Origin: Candidatus Krumholzibacteriia bacterium
GTDB lineage: Bacteria; Krumholzibacteriota; Krumholzibacteriia; LZORAL124-64-63
Assembly (NCBI GenBank): GCA_036351155.1
Contig: JAZBOO010000211.1
Span: 1-44,470 of the forward strand
Reading direction: 5' to 3'
DNA: 44,470 nt
A program made the translations under genes and the position numbers. Of this stretch, positions 1 through 7,951 are shown one piece after another; position 1 is the stretch's first letter; each line of letters starts with the position of its first letter. The notes beneath the pieces are model-generated. The model had not been told where the DNA came from and searched no databases. It saw only the letters and a list, made by a program, of their open reading frames with translations.

Positions 1-264
1 CGCCTGTGCATCCTGAACCTGATGTGCAACCTGGAGCTGCCCTTCAGCCTGACCGAGAAGGCCTACGGCGCCCCGGTGGACAAGCTGCTGGCCGAGGGTA
101 TCGAGCAGATTCCTCCGTTCATCGAAGACGGCCTGGTCGAGATGGACAGCCACGGACTGCGGATCACCGAGAAGGGCCGCTACTTCGTGCGCAACGTGGC
201 CATGACCCTGGACGCCTACCTGGGCGACGACAAGACCAAACCCGTGTTCAGCAAGACTATCTAG
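1..264 (+). CDS. hemN: Oxygen-independent coproporphyrinogen III oxidase, C-terminal fragment (5' end outside window)
   Basis: Frame is open from base 1 (RLCILNLMCNLEL...DGLVE...ITEKGRYFVRNVAMTLDAYL...FSKTI*). This matches the typical HemN C-terminus, and hem genes follow. Confidence 0.9.
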   Translation, partial: RLCILNLMCNLELPFSLTEKAYGAPVDKLLAEGIEQIPPFIEDGLVEMDSHGLRITEKGRYFVRNVAMTLDAYLGDDKTKPVFSKTI

Positions 265-275
265 AGGTGAAACGC

Positions 276-1379
276 GTGTCGAGAAATGGAATCCGTCAGT
301 ACCCGAAGGACATGCTGAATCTCAGTCGACCCACCGGGCTGATTCTGTGTGGCATGGGTGGTCCTGACCGTCCGGAGGCGGTGCGCCCCTTCCTGCGCAA
401 TCTGTTCGCCGACCCGGCAATTTTTCCGTTGCCGCGCCTGATTGCCCCATTCGTGGGAGCCATGATTGCCCGCAAGCGCAGTGCTGCGGTGGCCGAGCGC
501 TACCTGCTGATGGATCCGGCCGGGGCCACACCCCAGCTGCAGTTCACCAGGGACCAGGCCGCCCTGATAGCCCAGCGTTTGACCCATCGTCTGAGCGGCG
601 CCCCGGTGCTGTCCGCCGCGGCCATGCGCTACTGGCACCCCTACCCCGAGGAGACGGTGGCCCAGCTGCTGGAGCAGGGCGCTCAGCAGTTCGTGGTGGG
701 GCCCACCTACCCCCAGTTTTCTCCGGCCACCGGAGGCAGCACTCTCGACTTTGTCATGAAGGCGCTCCAGGCCCAGGCCCCCGAAGCCCGGGTTTGCACG
801 CTGCCCAACTGGTATAGCCTGGACGGGTATATCGAAAACCTGTCGCGGCCGGTTATCGATCAGTTCCTGGCCTGGGCTTCGGAGGGCGCCCGTCCGGAAA
901 CCTGCGCACTCATTTACGTGGCCCACTCCATGCCCATGTCCTTCATCAAGAAGGGCGACCCCTACGAAAAGCTGACCCGCGCCACCGTGGCCCTGGTGCA
1001 CGCCAAGGTCAAGGCGGCGCTGTCCGCCGCAGGCCATGGGGAGTGGCTGGCCGGTTTGCTGAGCGACCCCGAATACCCCGTGGCCTACCAGAGCAAGGTG
1101 GGTCCCATCAAGTGGCTGGAGCCCGGAGTGGAACCCGAGACCATGCGCCTGGCCCAGACCGGTTGCCGCCGCCTCATGGTGCAGCCCATCAGCTTCGTGT
1201 GCGACCACATCGAAACGCTGGTCGAGCTGGACATCGAACTGAAGGAAGAGGCCGAAGCTGCCGGGATCACCCACTTCAGTCGAGGAGCCGCCTTGAACCT
1301 GCAGACCGAATGGATGGATGCGCTGGCGGCCAGGATCGCCGTCAAGGCCTTCGGCGCCGAGGTGAGAAGTCATGTCTGA
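276..1379 (+). CDS. hemH: Ferrochelatase
   Basis: Motifs MGGP...VRPFLRNLFADP, AMRYWHP, AHSMP...GDPY, YQSKVGPIKWLEP and FVCDHIETLVELD. Start is uncertain: GTG 276 (GAGGTG upstream) or ATG 312. Confidence 0.95.
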   Translation: MSRNGIRQYPKDMLNLSRPTGLILCGMGGPDRPEAVRPFLRNLFADPAIFPLPRLIAPFVGAMIARKRSAAVAERYLLMDPAGATPQLQFTRDQAALIAQRLTHRLSGAPVLSAAAMRYWHPYPEETVAQLLEQGAQQFVVGPTYPQFSPATGGSTLDFVMKALQAQAPEARVCTLPNWYSLDGYIENLSRPVIDQFLAWASEGARPETCALIYVAHSMPMSFIKKGDPYEKLTRATVALVHAKVKAALSAAGHGEWLAGLLSDPEYPVAYQSKVGPIKWLEPGVEPETMRLAQTGCRRLMVQPISFVCDHIETLVELDIELKEEAEAAGITHFSRGAALNLQTEWMDALAARIAVKAFGAEVRSHV

Positions 1380-2856
1380 TCGCCGACCCGCCACCAAACG
1401 CGTGGCCATCATCGCCGGAGGCGTGGCCGGGCTGGCCACCGCCTTGAACCTGCTGGATCAGGCCAAGGCACGCGGCCTGGACCTCCAGGTCGAGGTGTTC
1501 GAGAAAGAGACCGAACCCGGCGGAAATCTACGCACTTTGCGCAAGGACGGCTGGCAGCTCGAGTGGGGACCCAACGGGTTCCTGGACAGCGAGCCGGCCA
1601 CGTTGCGTCTGGTGGAGCGCCTGGGTCTGCGCGATGAACTGCTGGTGAGCAGCGACGTGACCCGTCGACGCTTTCTGCTGGTCAACGGGCGACTCGAAGA
1701 GATTCCCCTCTCGCCCCCGGCCTTCCTGAAATCGGGCATGCTGCCCCTGGGGGCCAAGCTGCGCATGGCCGGTGAACTGTTCGTGCCCGCCCGCAAGAAC
1801 CTGGGCCAGGCCGAAACGCGCCCCGAAACCGACGAAACCATTGCCGAGTTCGGCGAACGCCGCCTGGGCAAGGCCTTTGCCGAGACCATGCTGGACCCCA
1901 TGGTCAAGGGCGTGTTCGGCGGCGAGGCCAAGCAGCTCAGCCTGGCCGCGGCTTTTCCGCGCATGGTCGAGCTGGAAAACAACTATGGCGGCCTGTTCAA
2001 GGCCATGATTGCCCTCGGCCGCAAGAAGAAGGGCAAGGACAAGACCGATGCCGGCCCCAAGGGCGTGCTCACCTCGTTCAAGGGTGGCATGGCGGCCCTG
2101 ATCGAAGGCCTGGCCCACGCCCTGAATGACCATGACAGGGCGCGCTTGCACCTGGGCACCGACATCCAGCGCCTTGATCTGAATGATGGCCAGTGGACCG
2201 TCATCAGCGCCGGTGGGTCCTTCGGGCCTTTTGACCTGGTGGTCGATGCGGCGCCCGCTCATGCGGCGGCCCAGCACCTGACCAGCCTGGATCCCGAGGC
2301 CGCGCGCATGTTGCGCGACATCCCCTTTGCCCCCATGGCCGTGGTGGCGCTGGGCTTCGGACGCGACCGGGTGTCCCATGATCTGCAGGGCTTTGGCCTG
2401 CTGGTCCCCGGCAAGGAAAAACGTGACCTGCTGGGGGCCCTGTGGACCAGCAGCATCTTTCCCGGGCGCGCTCCCGATGGCCACGTCCTGGTGCGCTGCA
2501 TGGCCGGCGGTGCGGGCAACCCTTCCATCATGGAACTGGACGACGAGGAACTGACCCGGGTCATCTGCGCCGAACTGCGGCCCTTGCTGGGATTGCAGGG
2601 TCCGCCGGCCATGGTCAACATCATCCGGCACACCCGGGCCATCGCGCAGTATGTGCCCGGCCATCTGTCCCAGCTGCGTCGGACCGAAGAGCGTCTGGCC
2701 CAGTTGCCCGGCCTGCACCTGACCGGCAGCTCGTACCGCGGCATCGCCGTCAACGCCTGTGTCAAGCAAGCGGAAATCCTGGCCCAGTCCATCGTGGAGG
2801 GCCTTCTGGATCCTGCGCGCGCGGACAACCCACCGGCGGCCAAGGAGGCCCATTGA
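1372..2856 (+). CDS. hemG: Protoporphyrinogen/coproporphyrinogen oxidase, FAD-dependent HemY type
   Basis: N-terminal Rossmann motif VAIIAGGVAGL, plus E-x5-GG, EWGPNGF, GFGLLVP, WTSSIFPGRAP and AIAQY. Overlaps the hemH stop. Confidence 0.92.
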   Translation: MSDRRPATKRVAIIAGGVAGLATALNLLDQAKARGLDLQVEVFEKETEPGGNLRTLRKDGWQLEWGPNGFLDSEPATLRLVERLGLRDELLVSSDVTRRRFLLVNGRLEEIPLSPPAFLKSGMLPLGAKLRMAGELFVPARKNLGQAETRPETDETIAEFGERRLGKAFAETMLDPMVKGVFGGEAKQLSLAAAFPRMVELENNYGGLFKAMIALGRKKKGKDKTDAGPKGVLTSFKGGMAALIEGLAHALNDHDRARLHLGTDIQRLDLNDGQWTVISAGGSFGPFDLVVDAAPAHAAAQHLTSLDPEAARMLRDIPFAPMAVVALGFGRDRVSHDLQGFGLLVPGKEKRDLLGALWTSSIFPGRAPDGHVLVRCMAGGAGNPSIMELDDEELTRVICAELRPLLGLQGPPAMVNIIRHTRAIAQYVPGHLSQLRRTEERLAQLPGLHLTGSSYRGIAVNACVKQAEILAQSIVEGLLDPARADNPPAAKEAH

Positions 2857-3794
2857 TGCTGGTTGCCCTTTCCTTCTTCAAGGTCCTGCTGCCCCTGCTG
2901 TATCTGGTGGTGTGGGGGCTGTACCTGTGGCTGTTCATCGGCGACAGCAGCGTGGCGCGCCGGCTGTGCAGTAGGGTCGCCGGCATCACGGTGCTTATCC
3001 ATCTGTCCGCCATGGTCGTGCGCGCGATGGAACTGCGGCGCCTGCCCATGGGCAACAATCTGGAGTTCTTTTCGGCCCTGGCCCTGGCCACCCTGGCCAC
3101 CTATCTGGTGATCGAGTTCCGGCAGAGAGGCCGCAGCGGCGGCGTCAAGAACACTGGCGTGCTGGTCACCGGCGTGGCCTTCCTGTTCGAGTTCACCGCC
3201 GATGCCTTCATCATCAACAACGCGCCGGATAATCCCCTGCTCAAGGATCCCGGCTTTGCCGGCCATGCCGTGCTGGTGCTTTTCAGCTACACCGCGCTGA
3301 GCCTCAGCTTCATCTTCGCCCTGCTGTACCTGCTGCTTTCCCGGCAGCTGATGAACCGGCACTTCGGACTGCTGTTCCGGCGCCTGCCCTCCCTGGAAAC
3401 CCTCGAGAAGATGAGCGTGGGCGCGGTCAAGCTGTCCATTCCCCTCATGCTGGGGGCGCTGATCCTGGGCCACCTGTGGATGTATGACCTGGCCGATCGC
3501 CTGCCGCCCGATCTGGCCGCCAAGCTGAGCCCGTGGGACCCCAAGGTGCTCATTTCGTGGGTCATTTTCCTGGGCTACAGCCTGGGGCTGGCCGGCTACC
3601 GTTTCCTGGGCTGGCGGGGACGCCGCATGAACATGCTGGCGGTCATCGCCTTCGTGGTCACCTTCACGACCATGGGCCTGGTGCACCACTTCTTCCCCAG
3701 CTTCCACAAGTTCCAGGGCCATCTGGCCGTCTGGGATCTCCCTGTGCTGGAACAGACCCAGGCCCCGGCGCTGGTCGAGGAGGTGTCCCGATGA
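2856..3794 (+). CDS. CcsA/HemX-like cytochrome c assembly family membrane protein
   Basis: About 8 hydrophobic segments, LPSLETLEKM and WDPK motifs. ATG overlaps the upstream stop (TGATG). Lies directly before hemA. Confidence 0.8.
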   Translation: MLVALSFFKVLLPLLYLVVWGLYLWLFIGDSSVARRLCSRVAGITVLIHLSAMVVRAMELRRLPMGNNLEFFSALALATLATYLVIEFRQRGRSGGVKNTGVLVTGVAFLFEFTADAFIINNAPDNPLLKDPGFAGHAVLVLFSYTALSLSFIFALLYLLLSRQLMNRHFGLLFRRLPSLETLEKMSVGAVKLSIPLMLGALILGHLWMYDLADRLPPDLAAKLSPWDPKVLISWVIFLGYSLGLAGYRFLGWRGRRMNMLAVIAFVVTFTTMGLVHHFFPSFHKFQGHLAVWDLPVLEQTQAPALVEEVSR

Positions 3795-5170
3795 ACGGCC
3801 CCTCGATCATCCACCTGTGGAGCATCAACCACAAGAACGCCCCCACCGAGGTGCGGGAAAAAGCGCACATCGACCCGGTGGCCGCCGTCAAGCTGATGGA
3901 CTGCCTGGACGAGGACCCGCGCTGTGTGTCGGTCATCCCCGTGTCCACCTGCAACCGGACCGAGGTGTTCCTGGAAACCCCCGATGGGGTGGATCCCGTG
4001 GAGCCGTTGTGCGAGGGCCTGGAGGCTGCGGGACTGGACCCGGCCGTGTTCCTGGGGAACCACGCTCTGCGCCTGGAAGGGCTGCAGGCGGTGGCCCATC
4101 TGTTCCGCGTGGCCGCCGGTCTGGAAAGCATGATGCTGGGCGAGCCCCAGATCGCCGCACAGATCAAGGACGCCTACCGGCTGGCCCGCAAGCACCACGA
4201 ACCGGGGCCCGGCATCTTGCGGGCCTTCCAGGGAGCTTTTCGCGCCGGCAAGCGGGTGCGCACCGAAACCAAGATCACCAACGGGGCGGTCAGCGTGGCC
4301 TTTGCGGCCGTGGAGCTGGCCCGCAAGTTCTTTGCCCGCCTGAGCGATCACCAGGCGCTGCTGGTGGGGGCCGGCGAAACCGGGGCCCTGGCCGCGCGCC
4401 ATTTTCTGCAGCACAGCATCGGCCACCTGACGGTGGTCAACCGCAGCTTCGACAAGGCCGAGGAACTGGCCCGCACCCTGAACGCCGAATACCAGGTGGC
4501 CCGCGCCAAGCAGGATGGTCCCTTGCTGGCCGCCGGCAAAGCCGTGGTCACGGCGCGCCCCTGGGACGAACTGGGTGCCGCCATGGCCCAGGCCGATGTC
4601 ATTCTGAGCACCACCGGGGCCCTTGAACCCGTGATTCTGCCGGACATGGTCCAGGCGGCTGTCAAAACCCGGCGGGGCAATCCGCTGTTCCTGCTGGACA
4701 TTGCCGTGCCCCGGGACATTCACCCCGACGTGGCCGAGATCGGCGGCGCCTTCACCTTCGGGCTGGACGATCTGGACGAGATCATCGCCGGTAACCTGCA
4801 GGCCCGGAAGGGGCAGATCCCTCACGCTGAGCGCATCATCAACGAGGAGATCGTGGAGTTCCAGAAGTGGCTGGCCGACGTGGACCTGCGGCCCACGGTG
4901 GCCGAGTTCCGCGCCTACCTGGAAGACCTGAAGGACAAGCAGGTGGGGTTCGTCCGCAAGAAGGAATCGGACGAGGTGGCGGCAGCCGTGGACCGCAGCC
5001 TGAAGCAGTTCATCAAGAAGGTGCTGGGACAGTCGGTCTCGACTTTGAAGAGCGAGGAATCGCCCGAGGTGCGCGAGCAGGACCTGGCCGCGCTGCGCCG
5101 CATGTTCATTCCCCAGGGCGATCCGTCACGCCCGCGTCCCAATCCGGCTGGTTCCGAACAGGATCATTGA
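3791..5170 (+). CDS. hemA: Glutamyl-tRNA reductase
   Basis: Motifs NHKNAP, catalytic STCNRTE, HLFRVAAGLESMMLGEPQI, GAGETG and DIAVPRDI. ATG 3791 overlaps the previous stop (ATGA). Confidence 0.96.
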   Translation: MNGPSIIHLWSINHKNAPTEVREKAHIDPVAAVKLMDCLDEDPRCVSVIPVSTCNRTEVFLETPDGVDPVEPLCEGLEAAGLDPAVFLGNHALRLEGLQAVAHLFRVAAGLESMMLGEPQIAAQIKDAYRLARKHHEPGPGILRAFQGAFRAGKRVRTETKITNGAVSVAFAAVELARKFFARLSDHQALLVGAGETGALAARHFLQHSIGHLTVVNRSFDKAEELARTLNAEYQVARAKQDGPLLAAGKAVVTARPWDELGAAMAQADVILSTTGALEPVILPDMVQAAVKTRRGNPLFLLDIAVPRDIHPDVAEIGGAFTFGLDDLDEIIAGNLQARKGQIPHAERIINEEIVEFQKWLADVDLRPTVAEFRAYLEDLKDKQVGFVRKKESDEVAAAVDRSLKQFIKKVLGQSVSTLKSEESPEVREQDLAALRRMFIPQGDPSRPRPNPAGSEQDH

Positions 5171-5304
5171 TTCTGGATTATCCAACCCGCTGGGAAACGT
5201 CCCCCTTGGCCCCAAAACCTGAACAAATAAATCCATTTTCAACGCCAGATTCCCTCCATAAAATCCTACCAATCAAATAGTTAGGGGATTGCTCAATTTA
5301 CCAA

Positions 5305-5334
5305 TTGCATCGGTCCTTAACACTATGATATAAC
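5305..5334 (+). promoter_or_regulatory. Candidate sigma70 promoter for the DUF4212-symporter operon
   Basis: TTGCAT (5305-5310), an 18-bp spacer, then extended -10 TGnTATAAC, in an AT-rich intergenic region. Confidence 0.45.
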
Positions 5335-5421
5335 TCCAGTATTCGTAACCCACGGGAAAGAAAAAGCTTACCGGGTTCACGACATGGTCTGCCCAATATC
5401 CCCCCGAAAAGGAGGCCTTTT

Positions 5422-5673
5422 ATGAATCAAGCCAGCGCCTACTGGAAGGCGAACATTCAGCTGGTGATCGGATGTATCGTCGTCTGGTTCATCGTCTCGT
5501 TCGGCTTCGGCATCCTTCTGGCCGAACCCCTCAACAGCATCCGGCTCGGCGGGTACAAGCTGGGCTTCTGGTTTGCTCAGCAGGGCTCCATCTACACTTT
5601 CGTGGCTCTCATCTTCTTCTACGCCTATCGCATGAACGTCCTGGACAAGAAGTTCAACGTGCACGAAGGCTAG
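5422..5673 (+). CDS. DUF4212 small membrane protein (symporter accessory subunit)
   Basis: Motifs YWKAN...WFIVSFG...GYKLGFWFAQQGSIYTF. Strong AGGAGG Shine-Dalgarno (SD) site. Lies immediately upstream of the symporter gene. Confidence 0.9.
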   Translation: MNQASAYWKANIQLVIGCIVVWFIVSFGFGILLAEPLNSIRLGGYKLGFWFAQQGSIYTFVALIFFYAYRMNVLDKKFNVHEG

Positions 5674-5733
5674 CCCCATTTTTTGCCGCCTGGCCTCAGG
5701 CCGCGGCTGGATCTTTCCGAGGAGAAGATGCAT

Positions 5734-7503
5734 ATGGACCTCAGAACAATGACCTACATCGTGGTGGGCTTCACCTTCCTGGTTTACATCTTTATTGCCA
5801 TCCGGGCCCGGGCCGGCACCACCGCCGAGTTCTACGTGGCCAGCAAGGGTGTGCACCCCATTCTCAACGGCATGGCCACCGGGGCTGACTGGATGAGCGC
5901 GGCCTCGTTCATCTCCATGGCCGGTCTGATTGCCTTCAACGGCTATGACGCTTCGGTTTACCTCATGGGCTGGACCGGTGGCTACGTGCTGCTGGCCATG
6001 CTTCTGGCTCCCTACCTGCGCAAGTACGGCAAGTTCACCGTGCCTCAGTTCATCGGCGATCGCTTCTACTCGCGCAACGCGCGGCTGGTGGCCATCATCT
6101 GCCTCATCGTGGCCTCGTTGACCTACGTCATCGGCCAGATGAAGGGCGTGGGCGTGGCCTTCTCCCGCTTCCTCGAGGTTCCCTTCGAGACGGGTGTGTA
6201 CGTGGGCATGGCCATCGTGTTCATCTACGCCGTGCTGGGCGGGATGAAGGGCATCACCTACACCCAGATCGCGCAGTACTGCGTGCTGATCTTCGCCTAC
6301 ACCGTGCCGGCGATCTTCATCTCGCTGCAGCTGACGGGCAATCCCATTCCTCAGCTGGGGCTGGGTGGCAGTCTGGAAGGTGGGATGGCGCTGCTCGACA
6401 AGCTCGACCAGATATGCGTGGACCTGGGCTTCACCGCCTACACCGCCCAGAAGGGGTCCACACTGAACATCTTCCTGCTCACCATGAGCCTGATGATCGG
6501 AACCGCGGGTCTGCCTCATGTGATCACGCGTTTCTTCACCGTGCCCAAGGTGCGCGACGCACGCAGCAGTGCCGGGTGGGCGCTGGTTTTCATCGCCATC
6601 CTGTACACCACCGCGCCGGCGGTGGGCGCCATGGCGCGGCTGAACCTCATGCAAACCATCCAGACCGGTGATGTGGGCATGGTGGACGGCAATCTGGAGT
6701 ACAGCCAGGCCCCGGCCTGGTTCTCCAACTGGGAAAAGACCGGCCTGCTGCAGTACGAGGACAAGAACGGCGACGGCCGCATCCAGTACTACGGCCCCGG
6801 CCTGGACGCCAAGGCGGCCAGCTTTGGCTGGCAGGGCAACGAGATGGTGAAGGTGGACCGGGACATCATGGTGCTGGCCAACCCGGAAATCGCCAAGCTG
6901 CCCAACTGGGTCATCGCTCTGGTGGCGGCCGGTGGTATTGCGGCGGCGCTGTCGACGGCGGCGGGCCTGTTGCTGGCCATCAGTTCGGCCATCAGTCATG
7001 ACCTCATGAAGGGCATTCTCACCCCGAACATGTCCGACAGCACCGAGTTGATGGCGGGGCGTATCGCCATGGCGGGAGCCATCGTGGTCGCCGGCATACT
7101 GGGGCTCAATCCACCCGGCTTTGCCGCCCAGGTGGTGGCCCTGGCCTTCGGGCTGGCCGCTTCGTCCATCTTCCCGGCGCTGATGCTGGGCATCTTCAAC
7201 AAGCGCATGAACGACAAGGGCGCCATTGCCGGTATGCTGGCCGGTTTGCTGACCACCCTGGTCTATATCTTCTGGTACAAGGGCTGGTTCTTCGTGCCCG
7301 GCACCAACATGGCGCCGGACGATGCCGCGCACTGGGTCCTGGGCATCAGCCCGGGAAGCTTCGGAGCCATCGGCGCGCTGATCAACTTCGCGGTCGCCTA
7401 CGCGGTCAGCCGCGTGACCGCGCCGCCGCCGGAGCATATCCAGGCCCTGGTCGAGGACATTCGCGTGCCCTCGGGTGCCGGTGGACCGGCGGGTGGACAT
7501 TGA
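5734..7503 (+). CDS. Sodium:solute symporter, ActP-like (cation/acetate) family
   Basis: Motifs NGMATGADWMSAASFISMAG, GWTGGYVLLAMLLAPYLRK, GGMKGITYTQ, GTAGLPHVITRFFTVP and AAALSTAAGLLL. GAGGAG SD precedes ATG 5734. Confidence 0.93.
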   Translation: MDLRTMTYIVVGFTFLVYIFIAIRARAGTTAEFYVASKGVHPILNGMATGADWMSAASFISMAGLIAFNGYDASVYLMGWTGGYVLLAMLLAPYLRKYGKFTVPQFIGDRFYSRNARLVAIICLIVASLTYVIGQMKGVGVAFSRFLEVPFETGVYVGMAIVFIYAVLGGMKGITYTQIAQYCVLIFAYTVPAIFISLQLTGNPIPQLGLGGSLEGGMALLDKLDQICVDLGFTAYTAQKGSTLNIFLLTMSLMIGTAGLPHVITRFFTVPKVRDARSSAGWALVFIAILYTTAPAVGAMARLNLMQTIQTGDVGMVDGNLEYSQAPAWFSNWEKTGLLQYEDKNGDGRIQYYGPGLDAKAASFGWQGNEMVKVDRDIMVLANPEIAKLPNWVIALVAAGGIAAALSTAAGLLLAISSAISHDLMKGILTPNMSDSTELMAGRIAMAGAIVVAGILGLNPPGFAAQVVALAFGLAASSIFPALMLGIFNKRMNDKGAIAGMLAGLLTTLVYIFWYKGWFFVPGTNMAPDDAAHWVLGISPGSFGAIGALINFAVAYAVSRVTAPPPEHIQALVEDIRVPSGAGGPAGGH

Positions 7504-7533
7504 TCTGAACGTCTGAAGGATGGACACTCAAAG

Positions 7534-7564
7534 GAAAAGCGCCCGCTTCGGTGGGCGCTTTTTC
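7534..7564. terminator. Intrinsic terminator, probably bidirectional
   Basis: AAAAGCGCCCGC-TTCG-GTGGGCGCTTTTT hairpin between convergent genes. Confidence 0.85.
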
Positions 7565-7573
7565 ATGGGAGGC

Positions 7574-7942
7574 TCAAGAATTATCCGAGCTACGATTGTC
7601 CTCAGCAAACCGCTTCTTGAAATCCCGCGCCGCACCCATGCCCCGGCCACAAACCACCAGTGCTCCCACGGTGATGAACACCGCGTTCACCAGACCATAG
7701 GCCTCTTCATCGGCACCAAATACCGGCCACAATCCCACCGCCAGGGCCGAACCTAGCGCTCCCAGAACTATGAAATCCCGCCCGCTGTAGGCGTTGGCCG
7801 CATACCAGACCCGCTCGTCCTCCATCGTCTCCCCCACGCGCAAACCATACCAGCTGTTGGGCTTGACCTTCCGTTTGTACAGCGGCCAGCCCAGTCCCAC
7901 GAACAGCAGATTTGTCAGCAGAAACAAAACAAGCATGACCAC
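7574..7942 (-). CDS. SdpI/YhfL-family membrane protein
   Basis: PNSWYGLR...T...ERVWYAAN motif with 3 transmembrane (TM) segments. GGAGG SD precedes GTG 7942. Confidence 0.8.
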   Translation of the reverse strand: MVMLVLFLLTNLLFVGLGWPLYKRKVKPNSWYGLRVGETMEDERVWYAANAYSGRDFIVLGALGSALAVGLWPVFGADEEAYGLVNAVFITVGALVVCGRGMGAARDFKKRFAEDNRSSDNS

Positions 7943-7951
7943 TTCCTCCGG

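Noticed and set aside
6..275. N-terminal extension of the ferrochelatase ORF, suggesting a fusion
   Set aside because: Overlaps the hemN 3' end in another frame. The real start is at 276 or 312.
5377..7527. 716-aa minus-strand ORF, and similar long antisense ORFs at 24238-25815, 26714-28498 and 37785-39521
   Set aside because: Mirror frames of well-supported genes, with no independent evidence of coding.
7574..7942. Sdp toxin-immunity locus
   Set aside because: Only a short SdpI-like gene is present, with no sdpABC or sdpR.
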